From the NCBI GenBank assembly GCA_902605165.1, contig CACLBJ010000002.1:167320-231319 (forward strand): a DNA stretch of 64,000 nucleotides. The letters are read 5' to 3'. The stretch is from an uncultured SAR86 cluster bacterium (lineage in GTDB: Bacteria > Pseudomonadota > Gammaproteobacteria > Magnimaribacterales > D2472). The notes beneath the pieces are model-generated. The model made no database searches and was not told the DNA's origin. It saw only the letters and a list, made by a program, of their open reading frames with translations. This document shows positions 52,200 through 61,791 of this stretch, one piece after another (within the stretch, counting starts at the first letter, position 1; the number at the start of each line of letters is the position of its first letter). Both the position numbers and the translations under genes were made by a program.

Positions 52200-53600
52200 T
52201 TAAATCTCTTTTACAATCCTTCCGTTAATTGCTGTGAGAGCAGCCATTTTTGGACTCATTAAATGTGTTCTCCCCAAATTACCTTGCCGGCCCTCAAAAT
52301 TTCTATTTGAAGTTGAAGCACATCTTTCGTATGGGTTTAGCTGATCTGGATTCATACCTAAACACATAGAACAACCCGGAGCCCTCCACTGAAATCCAGC
52401 TTCAATGAATATTTTATGAATTCCCTCTTTCTCAGCTTGCTCTTTAACCATTCCAGACCCCGGAACAACAATTGCCTCTTGGATTTTTTCAGAGACCTTT
52501 TGCCCCTTTAAAACTTCAGCTGCTTCTCTTAGATCTTCAATTCTAGAGTTAGTACATGATCCAATGAAAACTTTATCAAAATCTAAATCGCTTAATTCCT
52601 GATTGTCTGACAATCCCATATAATTCTTCGCTAGATCTAAGCTTTTTCTTTTTTCAGCACTTAAAATTGCGCTCGATGGAATCTTTTCATTAAAATCAAT
52701 TACCATTTCTGGTGATGTGCCCCAAGTAACTTGTGGATTAATTTTTGAGACATCAATATCAATTTCCTTATCGAATATTGCTTCTTTATCAGTTTTTAGA
52801 GTCTCCCATTTTATAATGGCATCATTTATTAAATTGGCTTCGAGATTTGAATGTTTTTTAACATAATCAATAGTTTTGTCGTCAACAGACACTAATCCTA
52901 CTTTAGCACCTGCTTCAATAGACATATTACATATTGTCATTCTTGCTTCCATAGAGATATTTCGGATATATGATCCTGCAAATTCAACTGCATAACCTGT
53001 TCCACCTGCAGTTCCTATTGTCCTAATTAGATATAGAACAATATCTTTCGAGGACACTCCTTTTTGTATAGATCCCTCAAAATTTATTCTCATGTTTTTA
53101 AGCTTCTTAACTTTTAAACTTTGAGTTGCAAGAACATGCTCAACTTCAGATGTTCCAATTCCCATTGCAAGACAACCAAAAGCACCATGAGTTGAAGTAT
53201 GGGAGTCACCGCAAACAATACTCATTCCAGGGAGGGTTAAACCTAGTTCTGGCCCAATGACATGAACTATACCTTGATTATTTGAGTTGATATTAAATTG
53301 TTTTATTCCGAAATCATTACAGTTTTTATCTAACTCAACAACCTGCAACTTTGAGATATTATCTTCAATATTCTCAATACTAAATTTGTTATCCCTTATA
53401 GTTGGAACATTATGATCTGGAGTGGCTATGTTTGCATTAATTCTCCATGGTTTAAGTGATTTCTTTTTGAGACCCTCAAAAGCTTGAGGAGATGTTACTT
53501 CATGAAGAAAATGTCTATCAATATAGATGAGAGAATCTCCATCATCATAGGATCTTATTAAGTGCTCATTCCAGAGCTTATCATATATGGTATAACCCAT
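52200..53600 (-). CDS. leuC: 3-isopropylmalate dehydratase large subunit
   Basis: [50 protein letters not shown]. Confidence 0.98.
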   Translation of the reverse strand: MGYTIYDKLWNEHLIRSYDDGDSLIYIDRHFLHEVTSPQAFEGLKKKSLKPWRINANIATPDHNVPTIRDNKFSIENIEDNISKLQVVELDKNCNDFGIKQFNINSNNQGIVHVIGPELGLTLPGMSIVCGDSHTSTHGAFGCLAMGIGTSEVEHVLATQSLKVKKLKNMRINFEGSIQKGVSSKDIVLYLIRTIGTAGGTGYAVEFAGSYIRNISMEARMTICNMSIEAGAKVGLVSVDDKTIDYVKKHSNLEANLINDAIIKWETLKTDKEAIFDKEIDIDVSKINPQVTWGTSPEMVIDFNEKIPSSAILSAEKRKSLDLAKNYMGLSDNQELSDLDFDKVFIGSCTNSRIEDLREAAEVLKGQKVSEKIQEAIVVPGSGMVKEQAEKEGIHKIFIEAGFQWRAPGCSMCLGMNPDQLNPYERCASTSNRNFEGRQGNLGRTHLMSPKMAALTAINGRIVKEI

Positions 53601-54688
53601 TATTCCTTCACAAATGGGAGTTTTTGATCAATGTTGCCACACTGTGCTTGATTCCTTAGAAGATGATCAATTAAAACAAGGTTCACCATTGCCTCTGCAA
53701 TTGGCACTGCTCGGATTCCAACACATGGATCATGCCTACCTTTAATTTCAAGCTCAACCTCATTTCCATCTTTATCTATAGAGGAAGTAGCTTTACTGAT
53801 ACTAGATGTGGGTTTAATTAAGAAACTTATATCAATATCATCACCATTTGAAATTCCACCTAGGATTCCACCTGAATTATTTGAATTGAATCCAGTCTTG
53901 GTAATTTCATCCCTTAGCTCAGATCCTTTAGAAAATGGAATCTTATCAGAGTTACCAATAGAAACGGATTTTACTGCATTGATACTCATTATAGCTTTTG
54001 CCAAATCAGCATTTAATTTATCAAAAACTGGCTCTCCAAGGCCAACTGGGCAATTTTGGACTTTTATATTTAGCTTTGCTCCTATTGAGTCACCTTCTTT
54101 AATGAGTTCTTCAAAAAACTCTTCAAGTGAGCTAATTTTTGATTTATCAGGAAAGAAAAATTTATTTTCATTAACAAACTCAAGATCAACATTATCAGCA
54201 GAAATACTGCCAATTTGTGATACAAAGCCCTTAGTAATTATTCCATTTGCATTTAAATACTTCTTGGCAACAGCTCCTGCAGCCACACGCATTGCTGTTT
54301 CTCTTGCACTTGATCTGCCACCACCTCTGTAATCTCTAATGCCGTATTTGCCTTGATATGTTAGATCAGCATGGTTTGGCCTAAATGTATCTCTAATATT
54401 TGAATAATCTTTTGAAATCTGATCTTCGTTTTTAATTAGCAATGCTATGGGAGTTCCAAGGGTTTTTCCTTCAAAAACTCCTGACATAATTTCAACTTTA
54501 TCGTCTTCTTTCCTTTGGGTAGTAACATCGGATTGTCCGGGTTTTCGTCTATCGAGCTCTATCTGAATATCTTCATTTCTAATTTCAAAATTAGGTGGGC
54601 ATCCGTCAATTATGCAGCCCATAGCTTCACCATGACTTTCACCAAAAGTCGTTACAGAAAAGATTTTTCCAAATGTGTTACCTGACAT
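53600..54688 (-). CDS. aroC: Chorismate synthase
   Basis: [37 protein letters not shown]. Confidence 0.98.
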   Translation of the reverse strand: MSGNTFGKIFSVTTFGESHGEAMGCIIDGCPPNFEIRNEDIQIELDRRKPGQSDVTTQRKEDDKVEIMSGVFEGKTLGTPIALLIKNEDQISKDYSNIRDTFRPNHADLTYQGKYGIRDYRGGGRSSARETAMRVAAGAVAKKYLNANGIITKGFVSQIGSISADNVDLEFVNENKFFFPDKSKISSLEEFFEELIKEGDSIGAKLNIKVQNCPVGLGEPVFDKLNADLAKAIMSINAVKSVSIGNSDKIPFSKGSELRDEITKTGFNSNNSGGILGGISNGDDIDISFLIKPTSSISKATSSIDKDGNEVELEIKGRHDPCVGIRAVPIAEAMVNLVLIDHLLRNQAQCGNIDQKLPFVKE

Positions 54689-54738
54689 AGCGGATTATTA
54701 TATGCTATTTTTTAAAAAACGCTTGGATTAGGTGTGTT

Positions 54739-56184
54739 TCAGAGAGATAGAAGCTTTTGAAAATCGACTACACTCATAGATGTAAGCTTATCAAAATCTA
54801 AGAATTCCTTATAAATCTTCTCAGATTTCTCCTCATCAAAAACAGTTTTTAAATTACTTAAAAACTTATTCTCAAGCACTGGAATGCCCTCATTCCTTCT
54901 CCTTCTATGGCCAATAGGGTATTCAACTTCAATCTCTTCAGTTGAAGAGCCATCGTTGAACAGTACTTTTAATTTATTAGCTATTGATCTCTTTTTAGGG
55001 TCAAGATAGTCCTCAGAATATTTTTTATTTTCGGTGACAACCATTTTTGATCTTAATTCATCAATTCTTGGGTCCTGTGCGACATCATCTTCATAGTCGT
55101 CTGCTACTAAATTACCTTTCAGAAGGCCAATAGCAACCATATATTGAAGACAGTGATCCCTATCTGCAGGATTATTAAGTTCACCAACTTTGGAAATAAT
55201 TCTTATTGCTGATTCATGTGTCGTTATCTCAATTTTATCAATTTCATCAAGTCTATCTTTAATTTCAGGATGTATTTTTACTGCGGCTTCAACTGCTGTT
55301 TGTGCATGGAACTCTGCAGGAAAGCTAATTTTAAATAACACATTTTCCATAACATATGAGCCAAAACTTTGTGGAATTCTTAAAGAATCGCTTTTAAAAA
55401 GAACATCTTCAAATCCCCATGTTTTTGCAGTTAATACACTTGGATATCCCATCTCTCCTGATAAGGTAATCATCGCTAGTCTTACTGCCCTACTTGTTGC
55501 GTCACCAGCAGCCCAGCTCTTTCGAGATCCTGCATTTGGAGCATGTCTGTATGTCCTCAAGCTTTGTCCGTCTAACCATGCATGAGTTAGAGCATTAATA
55601 ACATCATCCTTATTTCCGCCCAAAATCTTTGTTGCCACTGCAGTTGAGGCTACTTTCACAAGAACTACATGATCTAAGCCAACTCTATTGAAACTATTTT
55701 CAAGGGCTAAAATACCTTGAATTTCATGAGCCTTAATCATCATTTCTAGAATATCCAATACTTTAAGAGGCTCTTTGCCTTCTCCAATATTCTTTTGGGA
55801 AACAAAATCTGAGCAAGCAAGTATTGCACCTAGATTATCTGATGGATGTCCCCACTCTGCAGCAAGCCAAGTATCATTAAAATCCAGCCACCTTATAATG
55901 CATCCAATATCAAATGCGCCCTTTACAGGGTCTAAAAAATTTGAGGTTCCAGGTACTCTAACGCCATATGGTACTTCTGTTCCTTCAACAATTGGTCCAA
56001 GTAATTTTGTGCAAGCAGGAAAACTTAATGCTAACAAGCCACACCCTAAAGTATCTATTAAACAACTTTTTGCAGTTTCATAAGCTTCATCTGATTGGAT
56101 TTCATAATCCATAACATAATCAGCAATTTGAATTATTAATTCATCAGGATCAGGTCTTGAGTTAATATCAAAAAATTGAGACAT
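54739..56184 (-). CDS. prpD: 2-methylcitrate dehydratase
   Basis: [55 protein letters not shown]. Confidence 0.97.
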   Translation of the reverse strand: MSQFFDINSRPDPDELIIQIADYVMDYEIQSDEAYETAKSCLIDTLGCGLLALSFPACTKLLGPIVEGTEVPYGVRVPGTSNFLDPVKGAFDIGCIIRWLDFNDTWLAAEWGHPSDNLGAILACSDFVSQKNIGEGKEPLKVLDILEMMIKAHEIQGILALENSFNRVGLDHVVLVKVASTAVATKILGGNKDDVINALTHAWLDGQSLRTYRHAPNAGSRKSWAAGDATSRAVRLAMITLSGEMGYPSVLTAKTWGFEDVLFKSDSLRIPQSFGSYVMENVLFKISFPAEFHAQTAVEAAVKIHPEIKDRLDEIDKIEITTHESAIRIISKVGELNNPADRDHCLQYMVAIGLLKGNLVADDYEDDVAQDPRIDELRSKMVVTENKKYSEDYLDPKKRSIANKLKVLFNDGSSTEEIEVEYPIGHRRRRNEGIPVLENKFLSNLKTVFDEEKSEKIYKEFLDFDKLTSMSVVDFQKLLSL

Positions 56185-56615
56185 TATCTTACTTCTATGA
56201 TCAGTTCATCCGAGATTATTGGGTCCTCATGGGGTATATGTGCGAAGTTTCCAAGAACTAATCTCAATCTGTGAACTCCTTTTGGTAACTCGATGGTATC
56301 TGAAGTTTGTCCTTTACCGTAGTGTATGTGATTTTCATCTGAAGGAATTGACCTGGTTAAATCAGGCAGCGGAACGTTTATTAAAAGATGATGGTGTCCG
56401 GAATCACAAGCCATTTGACCAGCTGGAGCAATGTTAAAATTTTTAATACCAAACTCCAAATTAATCAAACCTGTAGAGGATACAAAGTTTTGATTAGGGG
56501 TAATAAAAAAAACTTCTGGCTTCCCATCTCGGCATTCTAACGAATCAAATTCATTGGAATAGGTTTCTACAGAAAAAAATAAAAATAAAATTATTAAACT
56601 AAAAGTTTTTATCAT
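56184..56615 (-). CDS. DUF4399 family exported His-rich protein
   Basis: Signal peptide; [34 protein letters not shown]. Confidence 0.88.
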   Translation of the reverse strand: MIKTFSLIILFLFFSVETYSNEFDSLECRDGKPEVFFITPNQNFVSSTGLINLEFGIKNFNIAPAGQMACDSGHHHLLINVPLPDLTRSIPSDENHIHYGKGQTSDTIELPKGVHRLRLVLGNFAHIPHEDPIISDELIIEVR

Positions 56616-57740
56616 TTAATCTCTATCTGGAAGATCAACCCAAGTGGCAGATTCGGGCCCAATATAATCTTCACTAGGTCTTATAATTCTATTATCTGCT
56701 CTTTGTTCCATAACATTAGCAGCCCATCCAGAGGTTCTGCCGATTACAAAAAGTGGAGTAAAGATTGGAGTTGGTATGCCTAAAAAATTATAAGCAGATG
56801 CCATATAAAAATCTGTATTTGCAAAGAGATTCTTTTCTTCACTCATTACCTTTTCAATTTCTTCAGAAACATCATAAATAACAGAGTTTGATGCATTTGA
56901 GCTGAGTTTCTTTGCCCATGCTTTTACGATCTTGTTTCTGGGATCCTCATTTGAATAAACTGCATGACCAAAACCCATAATCTTTTCTTTGTTTGCAAGC
57001 ATGTTCTTCACACCAACATTTGCATCTTCTCTTGAAGAAAATTTCTCTATCATTTCCATCGCTGCTTCATTAGCGCCGCCATGAAGAGGTCCTCTTAATG
57101 TTCCTATTGCTGCAGTGATACATGAGTGCATATCAGATAGAGTAGATGCACATGTTCTAGCTGTAAATGTCGATGCATTAAAGCCATGTTCTGCATAACA
57201 AATCAGAGAAGTATCAAGCGCTCTAGTATGTTCATCACTTGGCTCACTTCCAGTAAGTAAACTTAAGAACTGGCCGCCCATAGTTTTATGATCTGTAAGT
57301 GTATCTATATCTTCACCAAAATGAGATGCTCTATACCAATATGTCATTATTGAAGGCATAGCGGCAAGAATTCTATCAGCTGTATCATTTTGATTAGCAA
57401 AATCTCCTTCTGGTTCAAGATTACCCAGCATAGACGTCCCAGTTCGCAGAACATCCATTGGATGAGTTTCTTTTGGTATTGCTGTTAAAACATTTTTTAA
57501 CTCTCTTGGTAAATCTCTATAGTTCCTGAGCTTAGAAGTATATGAATCATACTCATCTTGATTAGGTAATTTCCCATATAGAAGCATATAGGCAACTTCT
57601 TCAAAAGTTGCTTTCTCAGCTAGATCTTCAATCGCGTAACCTCTGTAAGTCAGGCCTTTGCCCTCTTTACCTACGGTCGAAAGTGCGGTTTCTCCTGCAA
57701 CTTGGCCTCTTAATCCTGCTCCTTCAAGCTTCTTTCCCAT
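56616..57740 (-). CDS. prpC: 2-methylcitrate synthase
   Basis: GAGLRGQVAG.T, YAEH.FNASTF, GPLHGGANE, MGFGH.VY, N.DFY, IIRP. Confidence 0.95.
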   Translation of the reverse strand: MGKKLEGAGLRGQVAGETALSTVGKEGKGLTYRGYAIEDLAEKATFEEVAYMLLYGKLPNQDEYDSYTSKLRNYRDLPRELKNVLTAIPKETHPMDVLRTGTSMLGNLEPEGDFANQNDTADRILAAMPSIMTYWYRASHFGEDIDTLTDHKTMGGQFLSLLTGSEPSDEHTRALDTSLICYAEHGFNASTFTARTCASTLSDMHSCITAAIGTLRGPLHGGANEAAMEMIEKFSSREDANVGVKNMLANKEKIMGFGHAVYSNEDPRNKIVKAWAKKLSSNASNSVIYDVSEEIEKVMSEEKNLFANTDFYMASAYNFLGIPTPIFTPLFVIGRTSGWAANVMEQRADNRIIRPSEDYIGPESATWVDLPDRD

Positions 57741-58618
57741 TAGTGATCCTCCATATTCTTTATGTACTCATCAAGATTCTTTTCAAAGTTCAAGTAATCT
57801 AGTCTCTCATAAAGTTCGTCACGCGTTTGCATTATATCTAAAACATTTTCCTGCGTCCCATTTTTTAGTATTGATTCGTATACTTTTTCAGTGGCTTTAG
57901 AGGAAGCTCTAAAAGCAGATAAAGGAAATAGCATCATATCAACTCCGGCATCCATTAATTCGTGATCTTTGAAGAGAGGAGTCTTCCCAAACTCAGTAAT
58001 ATTTGCAAGAATTGGTTTTTGAATAGCTTCCTTTAGCTCTTTGTAGTCTTGAAGAGAAGTTATGGCTTCAAGAAAAATTCCATCAGCTCCTGCATCAATA
58101 TATTCTTTTGCTCTTTGGATACAACCTTCAATACCTTCTGAAGCAAAAGCATCTGTTCTTGCAATGATAAAAAAATCTGAATCAGTCCTTCCCGCCACTG
58201 CACTTTTAATTCTTTCGCACATCTCCTTTGATGGAATCAACTTTTTATTTGGCCTATGTCCACATCTTTTTGCTTCAATTTGGTCCTCTAAGTGAACGGC
58301 GGCAGCTCCAGCTTCAATCATCTTTTCTATACTATTTGAAATATTAGTTCCATTGCCCCATCCGGTATCAATATCTACCAATAATGGTAATGCAGTTGAT
58401 TTAGAAATCCTTCTAACATCAATCAATACATCTTCAAGAGATGTTAAGCCTAGATCAGGAATACCATATGATGCAGAAGCTACTCCACTTCCGGATAAAT
58501 AAATACATTCATGGCCCGATCTTTCTGCAAGGATTGCTGAATATGCATTTATAGTTCCAACAATCTTTAGTGGCTTGTTTTCTTTAAGCACTTCTCTAAA
58601 TCTTTTTCCTGCCGACAT
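57740..58618 (-). CDS. prpB: Methylisocitrate lyase
   Basis: S.GIPDLG, VDIDTGWG, EDQ...KRCGHRPNK, ARTDA, ANITEFGKTP. Confidence 0.97.
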   Translation of the reverse strand: MSAGKRFREVLKENKPLKIVGTINAYSAILAERSGHECIYLSGSGVASASYGIPDLGLTSLEDVLIDVRRISKSTALPLLVDIDTGWGNGTNISNSIEKMIEAGAAAVHLEDQIEAKRCGHRPNKKLIPSKEMCERIKSAVAGRTDSDFFIIARTDAFASEGIEGCIQRAKEYIDAGADGIFLEAITSLQDYKELKEAIQKPILANITEFGKTPLFKDHELMDAGVDMMLFPLSAFRASSKATEKVYESILKNGTQENVLDIMQTRDELYERLDYLNFEKNLDEYIKNMEDH

Positions 58619-58620
58619 TT

Positions 58621-59280
58621 TTATGAGTAAAACTTTACTCCTCTTATAATTCTGTCTCTCTTATTTTCCCTTCTCCATCTGTTTGTGTCTCTGAGACTAT
58701 ACACACATCCACAATACTCTTGCTGATAAAACTTTTCTCGTTTTGAAATCTCTATCATTCTTGAGGAACCACCATCTTTTCTCCAATTAAAATCCCAGTA
58801 ACTAACATCTTTATACCTCTCTGCAGCTCGGCTTCCAGAGTCATTTATTTGATCCATGTCTTTCCATCTCGAAATGCCAAGTGTTGTTGCGAAATAATTG
58901 AAATTATTTTCATGAGCATAAAGTGCTGATCTTTCAAATCTCATATCAAAGCAAACTGTGCATCTTTTTCCTCTTTCAGGCTCATTCTCCAGGCCTTTAA
59001 CTCTTTGAAACCAATTATCTTTATCATAGTCAGCGTCAATAAAGTCAAATCCAAGTTTTTCACAAAATCTTTTATTTTCTTCTTTTCTTATTTCATATTC
59101 TTCTAACGGATGGATGTTGGGATTGTAAAAGTAAACAGTAGTCTTAATCTTGGCTGCAGCAACTGCTTCCATGATTTCACCAGCACAAGGAGCACAGCAA
59201 CTGTGCAAAAGAAGATTATTTTCTCCATCACTTAATTCAAGCTCAGGTCTCATATACTCTTTTAAAGACAGTTTATTCAT
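58621..59280 (-). CDS. queH: Epoxyqueuosine reductase QueH (DUF208)
   Basis: [30 protein letters not shown]. Confidence 0.93.
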   Translation of the reverse strand: MNKLSLKEYMRPELELSDGENNLLLHSCCAPCAGEIMEAVAAAKIKTTVYFYNPNIHPLEEYEIRKEENKRFCEKLGFDFIDADYDKDNWFQRVKGLENEPERGKRCTVCFDMRFERSALYAHENNFNYFATTLGISRWKDMDQINDSGSRAAERYKDVSYWDFNWRKDGGSSRMIEISKREKFYQQEYCGCVYSLRDTNRWRRENKRDRIIRGVKFYS

Positions 59281-59884
59281 GCTTATAAATAGAATTTTCT
59301 AAAAGTTTAGATTCGAGTTCATTATAGTCTTTTACTACCTCTATTTCAGGATGCTTAGATGTAACTTTCTCTGGAGCATTTATAAAAAACCCTTTTTCAC
59401 AAACTTCAAACATCTGAATATCATTGAATGAATCACCAGCTGCGAAACATCTGTATCCTAGACCCTGAAATGACTTAATAGCCTCTTGTTTCGCTTTTTC
59501 TTGCCTAAGCTTATATGAAGAAATCATGCCATCTTTAATGTTAAGAGTATGGCAGAGTAATAGAGGGAAGCCTAACTTCTCCATAAGCGGGGATGCTATT
59601 TCATGAAATGTATCAGATAGAATAACTACCTGGAAATTTTGTCTCAGATTTTCTAAAAAATCTCTTGCGCCATCAAGAAGGTTTACATTTGAAGATGATC
59701 TTTGAATATCTTTTAAGGTTATCCCCTCTTGTTCCATAACCACAAGGCGAGCATCCATTAAATCGGAGTAGCTAGGAATATCTCTGGTAGTTTTTGCAAA
59801 ATCCTCTATTCCAGTATCTTCAGCAACCTTTTGCCAAATTTCTTCGGTCAAGGTACCTTCCATATCCAAACAAACAATTTCCAA
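59273..59884 (-). CDS. thrH: Phosphoserine phosphatase/homoserine phosphotransferase ThrH
   Basis: [33 protein letters not shown]. Confidence 0.9.
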   Translation of the reverse strand: MEIVCLDMEGTLTEEIWQKVAEDTGIEDFAKTTRDIPSYSDLMDARLVVMEQEGITLKDIQRSSSNVNLLDGARDFLENLRQNFQVVILSDTFHEIASPLMEKLGFPLLLCHTLNIKDGMISSYKLRQEKAKQEAIKSFQGLGYRCFAAGDSFNDIQMFEVCEKGFFINAPEKVTSKHPEIEVVKDYNELESKLLENSIYKHE

Positions 59885-60784
59885 TTACTTTACCTCGTTT
59901 TTTACACCATAGGGAACATGTGCTGATGTAATTTTACCTGATGCATCTTGAATATTCTTCAGTTGGTCATCAAAAAAAATGTCAGCTTGAAATGATTTTA
60001 AAAAATCTTCTTTTGACATACCTCCCAAAAAAAGGGATTCGTCAATTCTTACTCCCCATTCACGAAGAGTTTTAATTACTCTTTTATGAGTAGGGGCTGA
60101 CCTTGCAGTCACTAATGCAGTTCTGATTGGACACTCATCAAGAGTAAACTCTCTTTGAAGTCTATTTAATTCCATCAAGAAAGGTTTCATTGGTCCTGGC
60201 TCTAAACTAATTTTTTCGCCCTTAGTTTCATTTTTAATAAATGCTGAAATACCTTCTTCTTGATAGATCTTTTCAGATTCATCAGAAAAGATTACCGCAT
60301 CACCATCAAATGCAATTTTCAATAAATGGTTATCCTGCTTAAAGTTACTTTTCCCAGAAATTATCGTTGCAGAAGCAACATTACTTTCAATAGCCATCCT
60401 AACATCTTCGCTGCTACTTGATAGAAAGAGGCCAATATTGAAATCCTTTACATATTTGTGGGGGCTCTCTCCTCCACAAAATACAGCTCTTGAAATATCA
60501 AGATTATGAGCTTCAATAGAATTGAAAACTCTCAATCCTGTATCTGCCGAGTTTCGAGATAATAAAATAACTTCTACTCTATCTTTGGATTTGTATAAAT
60601 TATTTATTTCAAGGATTTTCTTTACTAGTCCAAAAGCATTGCCAGGATTTAGGACCTTTTCCTCATTAAGGATTTGATATTCTCTATATGCATCGACCCC
60701 ATCTGCTTCAAAGATTTTGTGGCTTTCGTCAAGATCAAATAAAGCTCTAGAAGAGATACCAATTACTAATTTTGATTTTTTCAT
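59885..60784 (-). CDS. 5'-nucleotidase (cN-I-like family)
   Basis: ISSRALFDL, LSRNS..TGLR, IAFDGDAV.FSDE, VTAR.AP.H.R, IFFDDQ. Confidence 0.92.
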   Translation of the reverse strand: MKKSKLVIGISSRALFDLDESHKIFEADGVDAYREYQILNEEKVLNPGNAFGLVKKILEINNLYKSKDRVEVILLSRNSADTGLRVFNSIEAHNLDISRAVFCGGESPHKYVKDFNIGLFLSSSSEDVRMAIESNVASATIISGKSNFKQDNHLLKIAFDGDAVIFSDESEKIYQEEGISAFIKNETKGEKISLEPGPMKPFLMELNRLQREFTLDECPIRTALVTARSAPTHKRVIKTLREWGVRIDESLFLGGMSKEDFLKSFQADIFFDDQLKNIQDASGKITSAHVPYGVKNEVK

Positions 60785-60790
60785 TACAAG

Positions 60791-60835
60791 TTGATTATAA
60801 AGTAAATATTATTTATACTGTATATATATTCAGTA
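60791..60835 (+). promoter_or_regulatory. lexA promoter with a single LexA box
   Basis: -35 TTGATT 60791, 17 bp, -10 TATACT 60814 overlapping TACTGTATATATATTCAGTA (CTG-N10-CAG 60818-60833). Confidence 0.9.
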
Positions 60836-60840
60836 TAATT

Positions 60841-61449
60841 ATGAAAGAACTTACAATTCAGCAAAAGAAAGTACTTCAATGTATTAAATTTTATATTAAA
60901 AAAACTGGTTTCCCACCAACTAGGGCAGATATTTGTAGAGAACTTGGCTTCAAATCCCCTAATGCAGCAGAAAGTCATTTAAGAGCTCTTGAAAAAAAAG
61001 GCTACATTACAATTGAGAATGGTGCATCTCGGGGGATAAATCTAACCGAAAATAGTGCTGAAAAGTCTCAAACAATTCCTGTTATTGGTTTGGTGGCCGC
61101 TGGGTCTCCAACTCTTGCAGATGAGAATATTGAAAAGCATATTCCATATCAAGAATCGCTATTCTTATCTGAGTTCGATTACTTTTTAAGAGTGAAAGGT
61201 CTCAGTATGAAAGATGCTGGAATCATGGAAGATGATCTTGTTGCGATTAAGAAGACATCAGAGGTTAGAAATGGGGATATAGTTGTAGCAAGAATTGATG
61301 ATGAAGTTACACTCAAATACTTCCAATCATCTGGTGATCAAATAAAACTTATCCCAGCAAATGATGATTTTGAAGAAATATATATTAATAAAGAAACAGA
61401 AGGATTCTTTATAGAAGGAAAAAGCGTAGGTTTAGTTCGAGAAAATTAG
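60841..61449 (+). CDS. lexA: SOS repressor LexA
   Basis: Start MKELT at 60841; PPTRA.I...LGFKSPNAAE.HL, VAAG cleavage site, G.SM, VTLK. Confidence 0.97.
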   Translation: MKELTIQQKKVLQCIKFYIKKTGFPPTRADICRELGFKSPNAAESHLRALEKKGYITIENGASRGINLTENSAEKSQTIPVIGLVAAGSPTLADENIEKHIPYQESLFLSEFDYFLRVKGLSMKDAGIMEDDLVAIKKTSEVRNGDIVVARIDDEVTLKYFQSSGDQIKLIPANDDFEEIYINKETEGFFIEGKSVGLVREN

Positions 61450-61703
61450 TGAAGGGTAACTTCTTTCTTCTTGATATTATCTAACTGCGATTCAAAAAAT
61501 TCATCAAAATCAGAAACATTACCACTTATTGATTCAATGCCAGCTCTTATCATCTCTTTAGCGATGTGAAGTTCTTGGCCTTGAAGTAACTGCTTTGACT
61601 CACCGGAAAACTTTATTTTAACCAAAGGATTTTCCTTATCATCTGATCTTCTAAGGACAATTGTGCCATCTGATAATTGGGCTAATTCAAGATAATTATT
61701 CAT
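61446..61703 (-). CDS. Conserved gammaproteobacterial hypothetical protein
   Basis: Start MNNYLEL; LEL..L.DG.I.LRR.D...PLV.I.FS......L......AK.MI.AG pattern recalled from small Pseudomonas-type proteins. Confidence 0.65.
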   Translation of the reverse strand: MNNYLELAQLSDGTIVLRRSDDKENPLVKIKFSGESKQLLQGQELHIAKEMIRAGIESISGNVSDFDEFFESQLDNIKKKEVTLH

Positions 61704-61791
61704 TTTTTTTGATTTAATTAAGCGTAACACCAGCGTTATAAAAAGCAAGCTACTATTCTTATTTAATGAGTATTAATGAGATTTCAAGTGG

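Noticed and set aside
54689..54738. Attenuator or leader peptide for the aroC-leu-trp run
   Set aside because: The 50-bp spacer has no Leu/Trp-rich leader ORF or alternative hairpins.
60772..60840. ORF-track N-terminal extension of LexA (similarly for yidD, the 8404 and 17932 genes, and the MBL hydrolase)
   Set aside because: The extensions run through promoters, terminators or neighbouring genes; downstream starts fit homology and SD/-10 placement.
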